UHGV virus genome: UHGV-0218015
Direction: 5' to 3' (one strand)
Length of the DNA stretch: 64,000 nt
From: a virus
The translations under genes and the position numbers were made by a program. Positions 28,064 to 37,730 of this stretch are shown one piece after another. Under the pieces are notes generated by a model. That model worked only from the letters and a program-made list of their open reading frames with translations. It was not told the origin of the DNA and made no database searches. Every line of letters starts with the position of its first letter. Position 1 is the stretch's first letter.

Positions 28064-29437
28064 TTACTCCTCGTCTAACTCGCTGTACCATTTCGCTTTC
28101 CGAGACAGGATTCGATATTCCACATTATCGTACTCAAATACCCAGAAATAGTTATCGGGGTCTGCCTCATCGACCAGTTTTACAATGTCTAAGCTAGTTT
28201 GATACGGGTGGTATTCTTCCGCAGCAATAAGTGCCTGGAAGAATAACGCCAACCATTCGGTCGTTGTTTTCGACATACGTGCAATATCAGGGTTAGTCGT
28301 CGCAATTAACGCATAATCCGGGATAGTTTCGTGTAAGGTCGCTTTCCGCGTATCATTTTCCGGCCCACTGATTACAACACAGTTTAATGATTTATAAACG
28401 GTTGGTAAGTCAGTTACATCTGTCGTAGGCTTACTGATCGTTTTAGTATTTCTTTCTGCTACCGTCAGGTCTGCCCATTCTCCAAACCGACTGATAGCTT
28501 TGACCCAGAAATCATATGGAAGGATAGGGGAATAAAGCGCCGCTACGTCTTCCTCATTAGGTATTCCACGAATTTTCCATCCAGGAACAATTGTAAATTT
28601 CGTGGTAGTGAAAATTTCAGGAAATACCTTTACCCCGACGGGGACAGTAAAGCTAGAATTAGCGAGAATATGTTCACGCAACGCTTGCTTTATTTTCGTT
28701 GGGTTTTTTCCCGCACGGCCGTAAATAATAACCGACATTGGGACAACTAGGGTGGACTCGTAGTTTTCTTGATCGTGCCAAGTATAGTAGTTGGTTTGGA
28801 TAGCGGTGTAAGGAAATCCTGCCATTAACTCATTGATTTTCTTATGGTGTTCGGTAAGGTTAAACCCTTCCATCGCCTTTTCAACGACTGACTTGGTCGA
28901 CAAAAATGTGTCGATTGGTGAAATCGGCATCTGCACTTCGATTTCGAACCCTGTGTAATCTTGATCGAAGTCTTCATCCGAGAACCAAACAATGATCTGA
29001 TTATCTACATCAGTGTCATCTTGTACTTGATCTGCTGTTGCTTCATATTTCCAGCTCACCCAGCGTGGGAACCAATTACTGTTCGTCTGAATCATCGCAC
29101 CGGACTGAACGCCAGAAATGGTTGATTGGAATTGTCCTAGTAACAGGCGCTGGAATTCAAGTTCGTCATTTCTCAGATTCCCCAAGATGGCTTGCTGGTA
29201 TATCCATTGAGAAACGGTTAGAATATGATCAGAAAATTCGGCTGGTACAACAACCGTCTGTTTTTCTCGTTTAGACGTAAAAGTCACCAATTGAACTTGC
29301 AAATTGGTTTTGGTAAACGTCTGTTTACTCTTCGCGTACGAGAGTGTCAAATCCGACAGCTCGCCCACCGGAGCGGTGACGCCGTCCTGATTGTCAAACA
29401 GTGCCGGTATCTGAATAAAACCTTGTAAGTCTAACAT
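28064..29437 (-). CDS. hypothetical protein (457 aa), possibly structural
   Basis: Minus-strand ORF with RBS; forms a two-gene inverted cassette inside the plus-strand block. Confidence 0.5.
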   Translation of the reverse strand: MLDLQGFIQIPALFDNQDGVTAPVGELSDLTLSYAKSKQTFTKTNLQVQLVTFTSKREKQTVVVPAEFSDHILTVSQWIYQQAILGNLRNDELEFQRLLLGQFQSTISGVQSGAMIQTNSNWFPRWVSWKYEATADQVQDDTDVDNQIIVWFSDEDFDQDYTGFEIEVQMPISPIDTFLSTKSVVEKAMEGFNLTEHHKKINELMAGFPYTAIQTNYYTWHDQENYESTLVVPMSVIIYGRAGKNPTKIKQALREHILANSSFTVPVGVKVFPEIFTTTKFTIVPGWKIRGIPNEEDVAALYSPILPYDFWVKAISRFGEWADLTVAERNTKTISKPTTDVTDLPTVYKSLNCVVISGPENDTRKATLHETIPDYALIATTNPDIARMSKTTTEWLALFFQALIAAEEYHPYQTSLDIVKLVDEADPDNYFWVFEYDNVEYRILSRKAKWYSELDEE

Positions 29438-29462
29438 AATTAAAAATACTCCGAGGTGAGCA

Positions 29463-29966
29463 ATGGGTTCATTTTTTAAAGTGCTTCCGTTCTTCCTTCA
29501 GATGTTAATGGAAGCATTTAAACCAGGAGAAGGAGAAAACGTATCAAGAGCAAGCAAGATAATGACTTTAATCATCACGATCTTGTTGTCGTATTCTGGC
29601 TTCGTCTCCTACGCCTATGTACAACAGTTTCACGCGCTCGTTGCAGTGCAGTCTCATGACACTTATATGTCACAGTCTTACCAAGAGATGAAACAAGATC
29701 GAGATAAACTAAAAGAAGATAATGATAAGTTATACGACAGACTCTTCGTTTGCCTAGGCCAGAAACCGCCATATGAAAGCACGTTTAATTCATCGAAAGC
29801 GAGCGGTACGACGAAGGATCTGTCCTCGGCAAAACCAGAAACTCCTGTTAATCCGGCTTCAACACCAGAACAACGTAAAGAGGCTTCGGCGAGACCTGTT
29901 GGTAATTTAAACGCGAACAGTTTTCGACAGGAGATCATAAATACGCTATCGTCTTCTAAGGAGTGA
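29463..29966 (+). CDS. membrane protein with transmembrane helix and coiled coil
   Basis: Hydrophobic MTLIITILLSYSGFVSYAYV followed by charged coiled coil EMKQDRDKLKEDNDKLYDRL; 167 aa. Confidence 0.45.
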   Translation: MGSFFKVLPFFLQMLMEAFKPGEGENVSRASKIMTLIITILLSYSGFVSYAYVQQFHALVAVQSHDTYMSQSYQEMKQDRDKLKEDNDKLYDRLFVCLGQKPPYESTFNSSKASGTTKDLSSAKPETPVNPASTPEQRKEASARPVGNLNANSFRQEIINTLSSSKE

Positions 29967-30425
29967 TTGATGAAAATGCTATTATTCATCATGGTAGTGT
30001 TCGTGGGGTTGGTGAGTAATAGCTACGGTGACGAAGTTAAACGTCCAGCTTATAGACCACTGGAACTTCCTCCTGAACCGCCAATAATGGTGAATTGGAA
30101 AATTGACAAGAATGCAATGCGTGAGTATGTTGCAGATGTCAACACCTATGCTTATTACGTTTATGTCTACACACGAAATTTAAACCAGCAAGCCGCTAAA
30201 CGTGGCTGGAGTCCACCAATGTTGGCTCCACTTTGTGAACGCTATGAGTTACCGAAATTACACGTTGTACCTGAGCGCATGTTTCTTGATGAGAGCTCTT
30301 TAACGGCCCAGGAGATTAGCCGTGATTTATCGCGTAAACTCAATAATTTGTTGTGGAATTACCGTTCCGACCGTCAGGCACTGCTCGATTCGTATAACCA
30401 ATACTTGACATCGTGTTTGTACTGA
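29967..30425 (+). CDS. secreted protein (signal peptide)
   Basis: Leader MMKMLLFIMVVFVGLVSNSYG with no lipobox cysteine; 152 aa. Confidence 0.45.
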   Translation: MMKMLLFIMVVFVGLVSNSYGDEVKRPAYRPLELPPEPPIMVNWKIDKNAMREYVADVNTYAYYVYVYTRNLNQQAAKRGWSPPMLAPLCERYELPKLHVVPERMFLDESSLTAQEISRDLSRKLNNLLWNYRSDRQALLDSYNQYLTSCLY

Positions 30426-30428
30426 CAC

Positions 30429-30472
30429 TCCCTCCTGTACCCTTCGAGGTACAGGAGGGCCTTTCTTTTTAA
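30429..30472 (+). terminator. rho-independent terminator
   Basis: Long hairpin CCCTCCTGTACC..GGTACAGGAGGG followed by CTTTCTTTTT. Confidence 0.7.
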
Positions 30473-30514
30473 CGTTTACGACTATTTTAATGTAGACTAA
30501 CAGGAGAATTCAAC

Positions 30515-31249
30515 ATGACCTACCCAAAAATTATCACCCCGTACACACCGACGTTGGTTATTGGTGCCGATGCAGAAACCAAATCGTTACGTCCCGACGC
30601 TTATCTGTTGAGTGCAGGTTTAGTGGCGTTTGACGTCCCTACCTTGAAAATGGTTGGTTCCTCATACATCCGTATCGATCCTAACGATCCTAAAGCAAAA
30701 GCTATTTTCCACGAAGACCCACAAACGGTGGGATGGTGGGAAGGTAAAGGCGAACCTGAATACGCACCGTCTCGTGAAGCCTATGCGGAAGCATGGGGTG
30801 GAACAACAGCATTGCCTGATGCACTGTGGGCGATGCAAAAATGGCTCGGGGAGATCACCGCAAAACATGAGTTTGTTATTACCATGCGCGGTCCCGACTT
30901 CGATGCGCCGATTTTCATGAACGCCTTCGCACAGTGCGATATTCCGCCCGGGAAGTTCCGTAAATTTAGTGCGTTGGATAGCGATCGCACCGCAGAGCGT
31001 TTAGCTTTTGCGTTTGGTTTCGAACCCGACTTAACGGTAGAGCAAGTTTATTGGACGCGCGGTAAGCCCGCTTTTGAGCACCACGCAATGTGGGATGCAG
31101 CAAAAGAAGCCTACACCACGGCACGTATTTATCACCTCGCTTTGGTCACCCGCCAATACGGGTTTGAACGCGCCAAAGCCTGTCACGAAGAACTGAAAAC
31201 TGGCGAGTATGTTGCGCCGCAGATTCGTGATCAATTAACCAGGGATTAA
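30515..31249 (+). CDS. DEDDh-type 3'-5' exonuclease (DnaQ-like)
   Basis: Exo I-like LVIGADAETKS (D-x-E), central GPDFDAPIF, C-terminal HHAMWDAAKEAY (H-x4-D); 244 aa. Confidence 0.6.
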   Translation: MTYPKIITPYTPTLVIGADAETKSLRPDAYLLSAGLVAFDVPTLKMVGSSYIRIDPNDPKAKAIFHEDPQTVGWWEGKGEPEYAPSREAYAEAWGGTTALPDALWAMQKWLGEITAKHEFVITMRGPDFDAPIFMNAFAQCDIPPGKFRKFSALDSDRTAERLAFAFGFEPDLTVEQVYWTRGKPAFEHHAMWDAAKEAYTTARIYHLALVTRQYGFERAKACHEELKTGEYVAPQIRDQLTRD

Positions 31250-31251
31250 GA

Positions 31252-32772
31252 ATGAAGAACGTTGATGTTGCAGTAATTTACACGGACGGTAGCCATTTGA
31301 CCTCCCCGCTCGGTACAGGGGCGGGGATTCATGGATACTTATTTAATCGTGAAGCGATTGAGGATGGTCGGGTTTACCGCCATCCCACTATTCCCGAGGG
31401 GATTACGACGTCAGGATACCGCCAGATAAACAAGGATGAAAAACTTCCGCCTTTACCAGAAACCGTGGAGTTTATTGACGGCGTTGTTCCTGTACCAAAA
31501 ATGTCACACTCCGACGTTGCAGAACTCGTGGCTTTCCTGACCGTCTTCGAACACGCCCCCTTCGTTGCCAAAAACTACGTTATCTATATCGACGCATCTT
31601 ACGTTGTCAACACGTATAACGACTGGATTGATGGTTGGGCAGCACGTGGTTGGCGTCGTGCGGACGGTACACCTATTGCGAATCTGGAATTAATCCAACG
31701 GATGTGGGAGGTTAAACAGCGCTTAAAGAAAGAAGGGAAAGGTGTTCGTGTCCTTAAAATTAAAGGTCACTCTGGACGTTATGGAAACGAACGCGCAGAC
31801 GAGTTAGCGCGGAAAGGCTCAATTATCTCTGCCCGAGGGGAGGGCTTAGACTATACACCGTATTGGTCAAAAGACGAACTGCCTGAGGAAGAACAGCAAC
31901 CGGAAGTTGTTGGTGAGGGTGTCAATTTGTCCGCTTTCCCCGATATCTGTGTTACGAAGTTCTGTTACCCGATGGTGAACGAACCCCATCCCACTGTTAC
32001 AGTTAACGGTAATAAACTTTATTACATGTTCGGTGGAAACCACGCAAAACAGAAGGACGATATCGTCTTCGTTGGTAAGTACATTCCAGATGCACAATTC
32101 TGCGTAATGTTTACCAAAGAACCATGGGATAACGTATACGAGTTGGTAAATACCCATTCTGCGAAAGCGTGGGAAGGGGTGCCCCGTTTACGTCAATTTG
32201 ATCCAATCGCCGTTGTTTTTAACTTATTCGTAAAGCGCAAGAAGTTCGCAGAAGCCGCTGCTAACGGCATTCCTATCGATCGGATGCATTTTAGTGAAGA
32301 CAAAAACCTGTGGATGTTTGAAGATCTTTCGATTACACGAATTCTTCGTCCTGCGCTATTATCTTATCGTTGTATTGCGATTCGTGATGAGCTTGCAGGT
32401 TGGTTACGCGATGCCATGGAAGGGAAAAACTCAGTAGTGTTGAACGACATTACTGACCTGCTTTACGATGAGAAAGGTAAGCCGAAGAAAGATTTTTATC
32501 GTAACGTAGATAAAGGTTTTGACGTAACCATCCAGATCCCTGGTAGTAAAAACAAGGTTAAAGCTATCCTTACTCGAGGTATCGACATACCGACGCGTAC
32601 GGAAATCAACCGTATCAAAGAACCGGAAGGGCGGTTCTACGTGGCTGTACGTCGTCCAGAACGGCAGTATATCGAATACGCGTTGGTTTATATCGGGGAA
32701 AAATATCATGGTTTGTGGTGCGGCTATTATTCAAACAAACGAATATTGACGGATAAGGAGCTTGAATGCTGA
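31252..32772 (+). CDS. RNase HI domain fused to a ~300-aa C-terminal domain of unknown function
   Basis: N-terminal RNase H type 1 motifs VAVIYTDGSH, ELVAFLTVFEHA, YIDASYVVN, WIDGWAARGW, IKGHSGRYGNERADELARKG; start 3 nt after the exonuclease stop; 506 aa. Confidence 0.7.
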   Translation: MKNVDVAVIYTDGSHLTSPLGTGAGIHGYLFNREAIEDGRVYRHPTIPEGITTSGYRQINKDEKLPPLPETVEFIDGVVPVPKMSHSDVAELVAFLTVFEHAPFVAKNYVIYIDASYVVNTYNDWIDGWAARGWRRADGTPIANLELIQRMWEVKQRLKKEGKGVRVLKIKGHSGRYGNERADELARKGSIISARGEGLDYTPYWSKDELPEEEQQPEVVGEGVNLSAFPDICVTKFCYPMVNEPHPTVTVNGNKLYYMFGGNHAKQKDDIVFVGKYIPDAQFCVMFTKEPWDNVYELVNTHSAKAWEGVPRLRQFDPIAVVFNLFVKRKKFAEAAANGIPIDRMHFSEDKNLWMFEDLSITRILRPALLSYRCIAIRDELAGWLRDAMEGKNSVVLNDITDLLYDEKGKPKKDFYRNVDKGFDVTIQIPGSKNKVKAILTRGIDIPTRTEINRIKEPEGRFYVAVRRPERQYIEYALVYIGEKYHGLWCGYYSNKRILTDKELEC

Positions 32773-33434
32773 TCGTTTATAGTGAGGTCTTGTCAAAAGC
32801 CCCTCGGTTTTTACAAACTCACTTTATGTATAACGCACGGCAGTATTGGGGCTTTAAAGCCCCTTACTCCGAAGATTGGGAAGTTGTGGAAAAGTTGGCA
32901 TTTGTGTTTTCTCTTTCGTTGTTGTGGGAGATCATTGCACTATACAACGCGGGTTGTGATATCCCTGAGAACGGCTTTTTCCAACAACACCTATTCCAAA
33001 AATTCACAGCATCGATAGAAAATCATGAAGTACGCAAGGAGTGTATCGGCTACGCAGAGCATTCTGAAGAATTGAGAAAGATTTCCAAATTAGTTATCAC
33101 GCGGGCATGGGCTGAATTCGAAACTTACCCCGAAAAAATAATTTGGTTTAATCGTGAACAGTTTATTAAAGAGGCAGTCAGTCAACATCCCGTTCGATTA
33201 ATCGTGTTAAAGCCATCCGATCTTGCCTTACGCCGTGTCTATTCGTTTCCAGAGGAAATCATTTTTTCCGCAGGAACAGCAGATTATGGTATTTTTAAGC
33301 AAGGCGATTCTTGGATTCTTCCGCACGACTTAGACCAGTATTTGCTCAGTAGCGATCAAATACATTCGGGTTATGACTCACAAGTGAAGGAGTTTACAGC
33401 CGATCCTTTTTTCATTAAAAATATTCTTAGATAG
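32766..33434 (+). CDS. hypothetical protein (222 aa)
   Basis: ATG overlaps the RNase H stop (ATGCTGA). Confidence 0.5.
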   Translation: MLIVYSEVLSKAPRFLQTHFMYNARQYWGFKAPYSEDWEVVEKLAFVFSLSLLWEIIALYNAGCDIPENGFFQQHLFQKFTASIENHEVRKECIGYAEHSEELRKISKLVITRAWAEFETYPEKIIWFNREQFIKEAVSQHPVRLIVLKPSDLALRRVYSFPEEIIFSAGTADYGIFKQGDSWILPHDLDQYLLSSDQIHSGYDSQVKEFTADPFFIKNILR

Positions 33435-33453
33435 ATATTATCCAGGTGTAACA
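33434..33453 (+). promoter_or_regulatory. promoter-like motif variant AGATATTATCCAGGTGTAAC
   Basis: Resembles the motif at 42551-42570 and, more loosely, the TATATTAC motifs at 11394 and 15786; about 18 nt upstream of the ATG at 33471. Confidence 0.3.
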
Positions 33454-33470
33454 CCATTGGAGTTATTAGA

Positions 33471-34211
33471 ATGCTAAAAGTTTATGTCCCTCAATTACAA
33501 CGTATCAATCCCTCGTTGTTCGAGGGAATCTTTTATAAAATTTGGCCACAATACTTCAATGAACGTTTGAAAGACCCGAGGTGGTCGACCGTACAAGGAG
33601 AATTCTTTTATACCGCACAAACCGCCTGCACAGGTATTTTCACTCAGTTCATTGGAGAAATTATTAACGCCGTCAACACTAACCGAACTGTCGACCTACG
33701 TGACGTTACAGTAGACCTTTCTGCAATCTACGATAACTACGATTGTGATGATGCTGTGTTCGAACACTTTTCTGTTGAAGACGTTTGGGAAGCAGTGTAC
33801 CAGTGGTTAGAGTATTACGTGAATTACCTACTCTCCCCAGAGATGTTAGAAACCTTCAACAAAGCACTCTTTCCTATTTATAACGACTTACTCAACGTTA
33901 AACAAACAAAGAACCTGGTTGGGTTCTGGTATTCGACCTACGACGCCGAATGTAAGTTGTGGGAAAAAGAAATGATTGCTTACGGGATAGAACGGGGAGA
34001 CTATGTTGAGATTCACTGTGGTTTCTGGCCTTTCAGTCACTACGAGAACGCACGGCTTGGTATTTCACGATTGTGGTCGTTTTATCTCTGTGAAGCTACG
34101 GGCGTTATTTACCTTGAAGACAGCGGCGAACAAATCCCTAACGGTACTGTTGTAACATACTGTCAGATTCGAGAAGATCGGGGTCGGCCAATTTATCAGG
34201 AGTACGTATAA
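33471..34211 (+). CDS. hypothetical protein (246 aa)
   Basis: First of four tightly packed plus-strand ORFs with overlapping or abutting stops and starts. Confidence 0.5.
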   Translation: MLKVYVPQLQRINPSLFEGIFYKIWPQYFNERLKDPRWSTVQGEFFYTAQTACTGIFTQFIGEIINAVNTNRTVDLRDVTVDLSAIYDNYDCDDAVFEHFSVEDVWEAVYQWLEYYVNYLLSPEMLETFNKALFPIYNDLLNVKQTKNLVGFWYSTYDAECKLWEKEMIAYGIERGDYVEIHCGFWPFSHYENARLGISRLWSFYLCEATGVIYLEDSGEQIPNGTVVTYCQIREDRGRPIYQEYV

Positions 34212-34753
34212 TGAAAATACTTATCGATTTCTCACTCAGCGAGTCACGGGACAAATTAAACAAAGTGTTAAGTGAGATGCGTAGTCGCGTTGCGTTTGAA
34301 TTACACGATGCGATAGCAGTGCATGAGAATAAGATTTCTGAAGAACACGATGGAGCTGATATTACTATCCTGGATTCAGAAGCGATGGTGAATAACCTCG
34401 TTGAGCAGTTAGTGATAAAAATCAGTTCGGCTATGACATACCCGCATTTAGTACGGGTAACTGATCCCGATACGGATATTCAGCTGATTCTTGAGAAAGC
34501 CTTTCTACATGCCGCGCATTACTTACAGAATAATGCTCCAGATACCCTCGACGAAGTATACGTCGCAATATTGCAGCGCCAATCTTCAACGACAGATATA
34601 ATAGACACAACGTGTTGGAGCGATATTCTTACCAACGAAACGATGTCCCGTATCCGGGATATTTTCCTTGAGACACTCGGGTTAGTTGAGAAAATCTGCC
34701 ATGCTGAGCTCATCTACCTATCGTCAAAATACGGACAACCTAAAGGAGTATAA
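34211..34753 (+). CDS. hypothetical protein (180 aa)
   Basis: Complete ORF; start overlaps the previous stop. Confidence 0.5.
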   Translation: MKILIDFSLSESRDKLNKVLSEMRSRVAFELHDAIAVHENKISEEHDGADITILDSEAMVNNLVEQLVIKISSAMTYPHLVRVTDPDTDIQLILEKAFLHAAHYLQNNAPDTLDEVYVAILQRQSSTTDIIDTTCWSDILTNETMSRIRDIFLETLGLVEKICHAELIYLSSKYGQPKGV

Positions 34754-34755
34754 TC

Positions 34756-35280
34756 GTGGATATTTTAATTCAGCTTCGTAAGAAAACAACCATTGCCACG
34801 CCGATAGAGTTAGAGGAGAAAATCTCTGGCGCGGTTGCACGCAAGCTCTGTGGTGCTCACGGCTTTAGCAGTCATCAGGAACAGGTCGTTACTGCCGCTA
34901 CATTACACAACTTACGGCACGCAGTTCATTACTGTTTAGTTGACAACGTCACCATCACTCTTGATGATAACGTAAAAGTCGACCAACTGCGACGCGAAAT
35001 TGTCCACAAGATCGAGGCTTACAATAGACGTTTCGATCGTGTGTGCGCGCGTTTAACTGGTGACGAGGCTCTACGAAAACGTTTGAAACTTGAAATTGAG
35101 TATGCTGCGCAGCGTTACGGGATTGGCGGCACCGAACCGTGTCTGGCTGAACAAGAAATCGATTTAGCAATCGAGGTTTATACCATTCTCTGCTGCGCCA
35201 TCCTAAAAGAGACCAACCACGAAATTACAAAAGCATTGTTAGACACCGCAGACAGACTCACCCCAATTTTAGGACAATAA
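34756..35280 (+). CDS. hypothetical protein (174 aa)
   Basis: Complete ORF with GTG start and AAAGGAG RBS. Confidence 0.5.
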   Translation: MDILIQLRKKTTIATPIELEEKISGAVARKLCGAHGFSSHQEQVVTAATLHNLRHAVHYCLVDNVTITLDDNVKVDQLRREIVHKIEAYNRRFDRVCARLTGDEALRKRLKLEIEYAAQRYGIGGTEPCLAEQEIDLAIEVYTILCCAILKETNHEITKALLDTADRLTPILGQ

Positions 35281-35281
35281 A

Positions 35282-35770
35282 ATGAACTTAAATCATATCT
35301 TCGACATTCGTAACTGCGATATCGTACATGAATTTCTCAATAACGAAACACGTGTACGAAAAGAAATTGAAGAAAAGTTGACTCCGTTGGTTGCAGACAC
35401 TCCTTGGATGGCGGCTTACGCCGCGTCCTACTTTTCTTCTCGGTGCCTAACGCAATACATATTTATCCTATTTGACTTCTCCGATCTATCAAGCAAGCGC
35501 ATAACAGAAACAGACGTTCGGCAACGCCTACGCCATGGTCGCGACGAGTTCTTAAAGAAAGTTTCTGATGCGTACCACATGGAGCGATTCCCTACTCCAC
35601 TAGTCCCCTACACAGAACCGGAATGGGAAAAATTTTATACCCGGATTTGGGTTGAAGATTCTCACTTGGACGAAATCATGGAAATCATCGAACGTAATGA
35701 AAACCTACTTTCCTTACAGCTATGGGAGTGGCTAAAAGCTAATTATCCTGATTACGTCAAAATCGACTAA
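35282..35770 (+). CDS. hypothetical protein (162 aa)
   Basis: Complete ORF followed by a terminator. Confidence 0.5.
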   Translation: MNLNHIFDIRNCDIVHEFLNNETRVRKEIEEKLTPLVADTPWMAAYAASYFSSRCLTQYIFILFDFSDLSSKRITETDVRQRLRHGRDEFLKKVSDAYHMERFPTPLVPYTEPEWEKFYTRIWVEDSHLDEIMEIIERNENLLSLQLWEWLKANYPDYVKID

Positions 35771-35774
35771 TAGA

Positions 35775-35808
35775 CACCCTAGCTTCGGCTAGGGTAACTT
35801 TATTTTTA
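35775..35808 (+). terminator. rho-independent terminator
   Basis: Hairpin ACCCTAGCTTCGGCTAGGGT followed by AACTTTATTTTT. Confidence 0.65.
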
Positions 35809-35829
35809 ACCATTTTAGGAGAATATACC

Positions 35830-36756
35830 ATGTATTTGTACAAAAGTAAAAAAGTAAAAGGTATTAAAGACTGCCTTAGACAAATGGGGAGTCAGCATCT
35901 AGAAAATGTCATGGAAGAAAATCAAACAAAAGAAAATCCCGTCTCGAAATGGATAAAAAAGAATCGTAAGCATTTAACTAATGCCTTTATACCCTACGAC
36001 GCTGAGTTAGGTCTCAAAGATCCCCGTTCCCTTCACGCTCAAACATTGGCAATTGGATGGCTATACGGGGGTGCTTCCTTAATATCCAATCGAGCACTTA
36101 GAGAACTTGTTTTCGAGACTGAGATACCCACTAAATTCCCTGAAGAGTGGTTAGACTTTATACCTACTTGGACTGTAGCAATCGATGTAGGTAAAGAAGA
36201 TGAGACTTTCTTTCTCGGTTATCGAAAAAATAGGAATAGAAGGTTTATTATAATTGCTACAAATACTGATTACGGGTTAACAGAAGGCGTTACCACAATC
36301 GCCACCTGCTCGTTAGAGATATGTAGTGTTGGAAACGGGCTTGTTGAAATCGATTATACAACTGACGTACAGACCGAACAAGAGAAGACGTTATGGCTAT
36401 CACTGGCCAAAACCGCCATATCGTTGATATTTCTCTGTACGCTAATCCCGCCCAATCTCAGAGGGTCTTTCAATGACATTAAGTTCAAAGAAATCAAAAA
36501 GAATGGTAGTATAAGTCACGAAATCAAACCTCGTGAACGTGACGTTAAAATAGACATCACGCCAGGACAAGTGAAATATCTAAAGGGATTTAACACCGAC
36601 TTGAAAACCATGGAAGGTATCAAACACGCCAAGGCCGCACATATTCGTCGCGCGCACTGGCGCAGATATTGGGTCGGTCCAAGAGATGGGGAAAGGAAGA
36701 GAAAACTTTACTGGATTCCGCCTACATTTGTCCGTGGCTACGTACCCCACAATTAA
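35830..36756 (+). CDS. hypothetical protein (308 aa), paralog A with C-terminal HIRRAHWRR motif
   Basis: C-terminus AKAAHIRRAHWRRYWVGP...WIPPTFVRGY and internal LAIGWLYGGASLIS are shared with the next gene. Confidence 0.5.
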   Translation: MYLYKSKKVKGIKDCLRQMGSQHLENVMEENQTKENPVSKWIKKNRKHLTNAFIPYDAELGLKDPRSLHAQTLAIGWLYGGASLISNRALRELVFETEIPTKFPEEWLDFIPTWTVAIDVGKEDETFFLGYRKNRNRRFIIIATNTDYGLTEGVTTIATCSLEICSVGNGLVEIDYTTDVQTEQEKTLWLSLAKTAISLIFLCTLIPPNLRGSFNDIKFKEIKKNGSISHEIKPRERDVKIDITPGQVKYLKGFNTDLKTMEGIKHAKAAHIRRAHWRRYWVGPRDGERKRKLYWIPPTFVRGYVPHN

Positions 36757-36781
36757 GCTAAAAGTGTTTAGGAGCATTAAA

Positions 36782-37681
36782 ATGATAGCGAATAATAGAC
36801 TTTACGGGAAAGCGCTAAGACGCATGAGCGAACAGATAGAAAAAGCGCACCAAACAATTCACGGATTAGACCAGTGCCGTTTTATTCGGTTCATTAACGA
36901 GCATAAACGACAAATACCCGTAACGTTTATGCCAGTTAAAGATCCGACCTATCGAGAGTATGGCGTTACGGAACAGATTCCCAGACTGATTAAACAGTCC
37001 CTGGGCCTAGGATGGCAATACGCTGCTGTTGAAATCATCTCAGACGAAGAACTGATGGCGCTCTTAGCAAAAACTGAGAGACTAAAAAATATCCCGTACT
37101 TCTGGATAGAAACCATCCCTTCATTTACTTTCTCGGTTACCGTAAATCTCGACGAAAGCCCAATCACGTTATTTATCGGAAGACGTCTTTACGAAGGCGA
37201 AGAAGTTCTCTTCGTAATGTCATGCGAAGAACGTGAAGAATCGGTATACATGGAGTTTGAGATTTACAAAATCGATAAAAGCGAAGATGATTTCGTCGTG
37301 CTAAAGCCGCTTCTTACTTCGGTTAAGGAGAATCAACGACTACTCGACGCCGTCTACATCGGGCTATATCTTTCGTCACGAATTAAACGTACTGAACGTG
37401 AAAAGAAAGAATTTCGTGGAAGAACGATTCGTTATGTTCCTGATACAGAGATTCGCCCACGTAGTGAAGCAGTCGTTTTAGACGTAAGTCCGGTACAATG
37501 GGAAGATATAGAGCAGCAACGCAAGGAAGGACACGAAGTTTGTTTGGCAATTTATTGCGCAGCACATATCCGCCGTGCTCATTGGAAGCGTGTATGGTGT
37601 GGTAAAATGTCAGAAATGCGCTGGCGCGAATGGCGATGGATAGCGCCAAGCTACATCTCTGGATTTTATCGTGGGAAATAA
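36782..37681 (+). CDS. hypothetical protein (about 299 aa), paralog B with C-terminal HIRRAHWKR motif
   Basis: C-terminus AAHIRRAHWKRVWCG...WIAPSYISGFY; start taken at the first ATG after the upstream stop (track ORF begins at 36686, overlapping the previous gene). Confidence 0.5.
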   Translation: MIANNRLYGKALRRMSEQIEKAHQTIHGLDQCRFIRFINEHKRQIPVTFMPVKDPTYREYGVTEQIPRLIKQSLGLGWQYAAVEIISDEELMALLAKTERLKNIPYFWIETIPSFTFSVTVNLDESPITLFIGRRLYEGEEVLFVMSCEEREESVYMEFEIYKIDKSEDDFVVLKPLLTSVKENQRLLDAVYIGLYLSSRIKRTEREKKEFRGRTIRYVPDTEIRPRSEAVVLDVSPVQWEDIEQQRKEGHEVCLAIYCAAHIRRAHWKRVWCGKMSEMRWREWRWIAPSYISGFYRGK

Positions 37682-37687
37682 ATAGTT

Positions 37688-37730
37688 TACCCCTAGACCA
37701 CACGGTCTAGGGGTAGCTTTACTTTTTTTA
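37688..37730. terminator. bidirectional terminator
   Basis: Hairpin CCCCTAGACCACACGGTCTAGGGG followed by a long T-run; between convergent genes. Confidence 0.7.

Noticed and set aside
29463-30425. i-spanin / o-spanin pair
   Set aside because: The first protein has the transmembrane-plus-coiled-coil layout of an i-spanin, but the second has a signal peptide with no lipobox cysteine, so a canonical two-component spanin is not supported.
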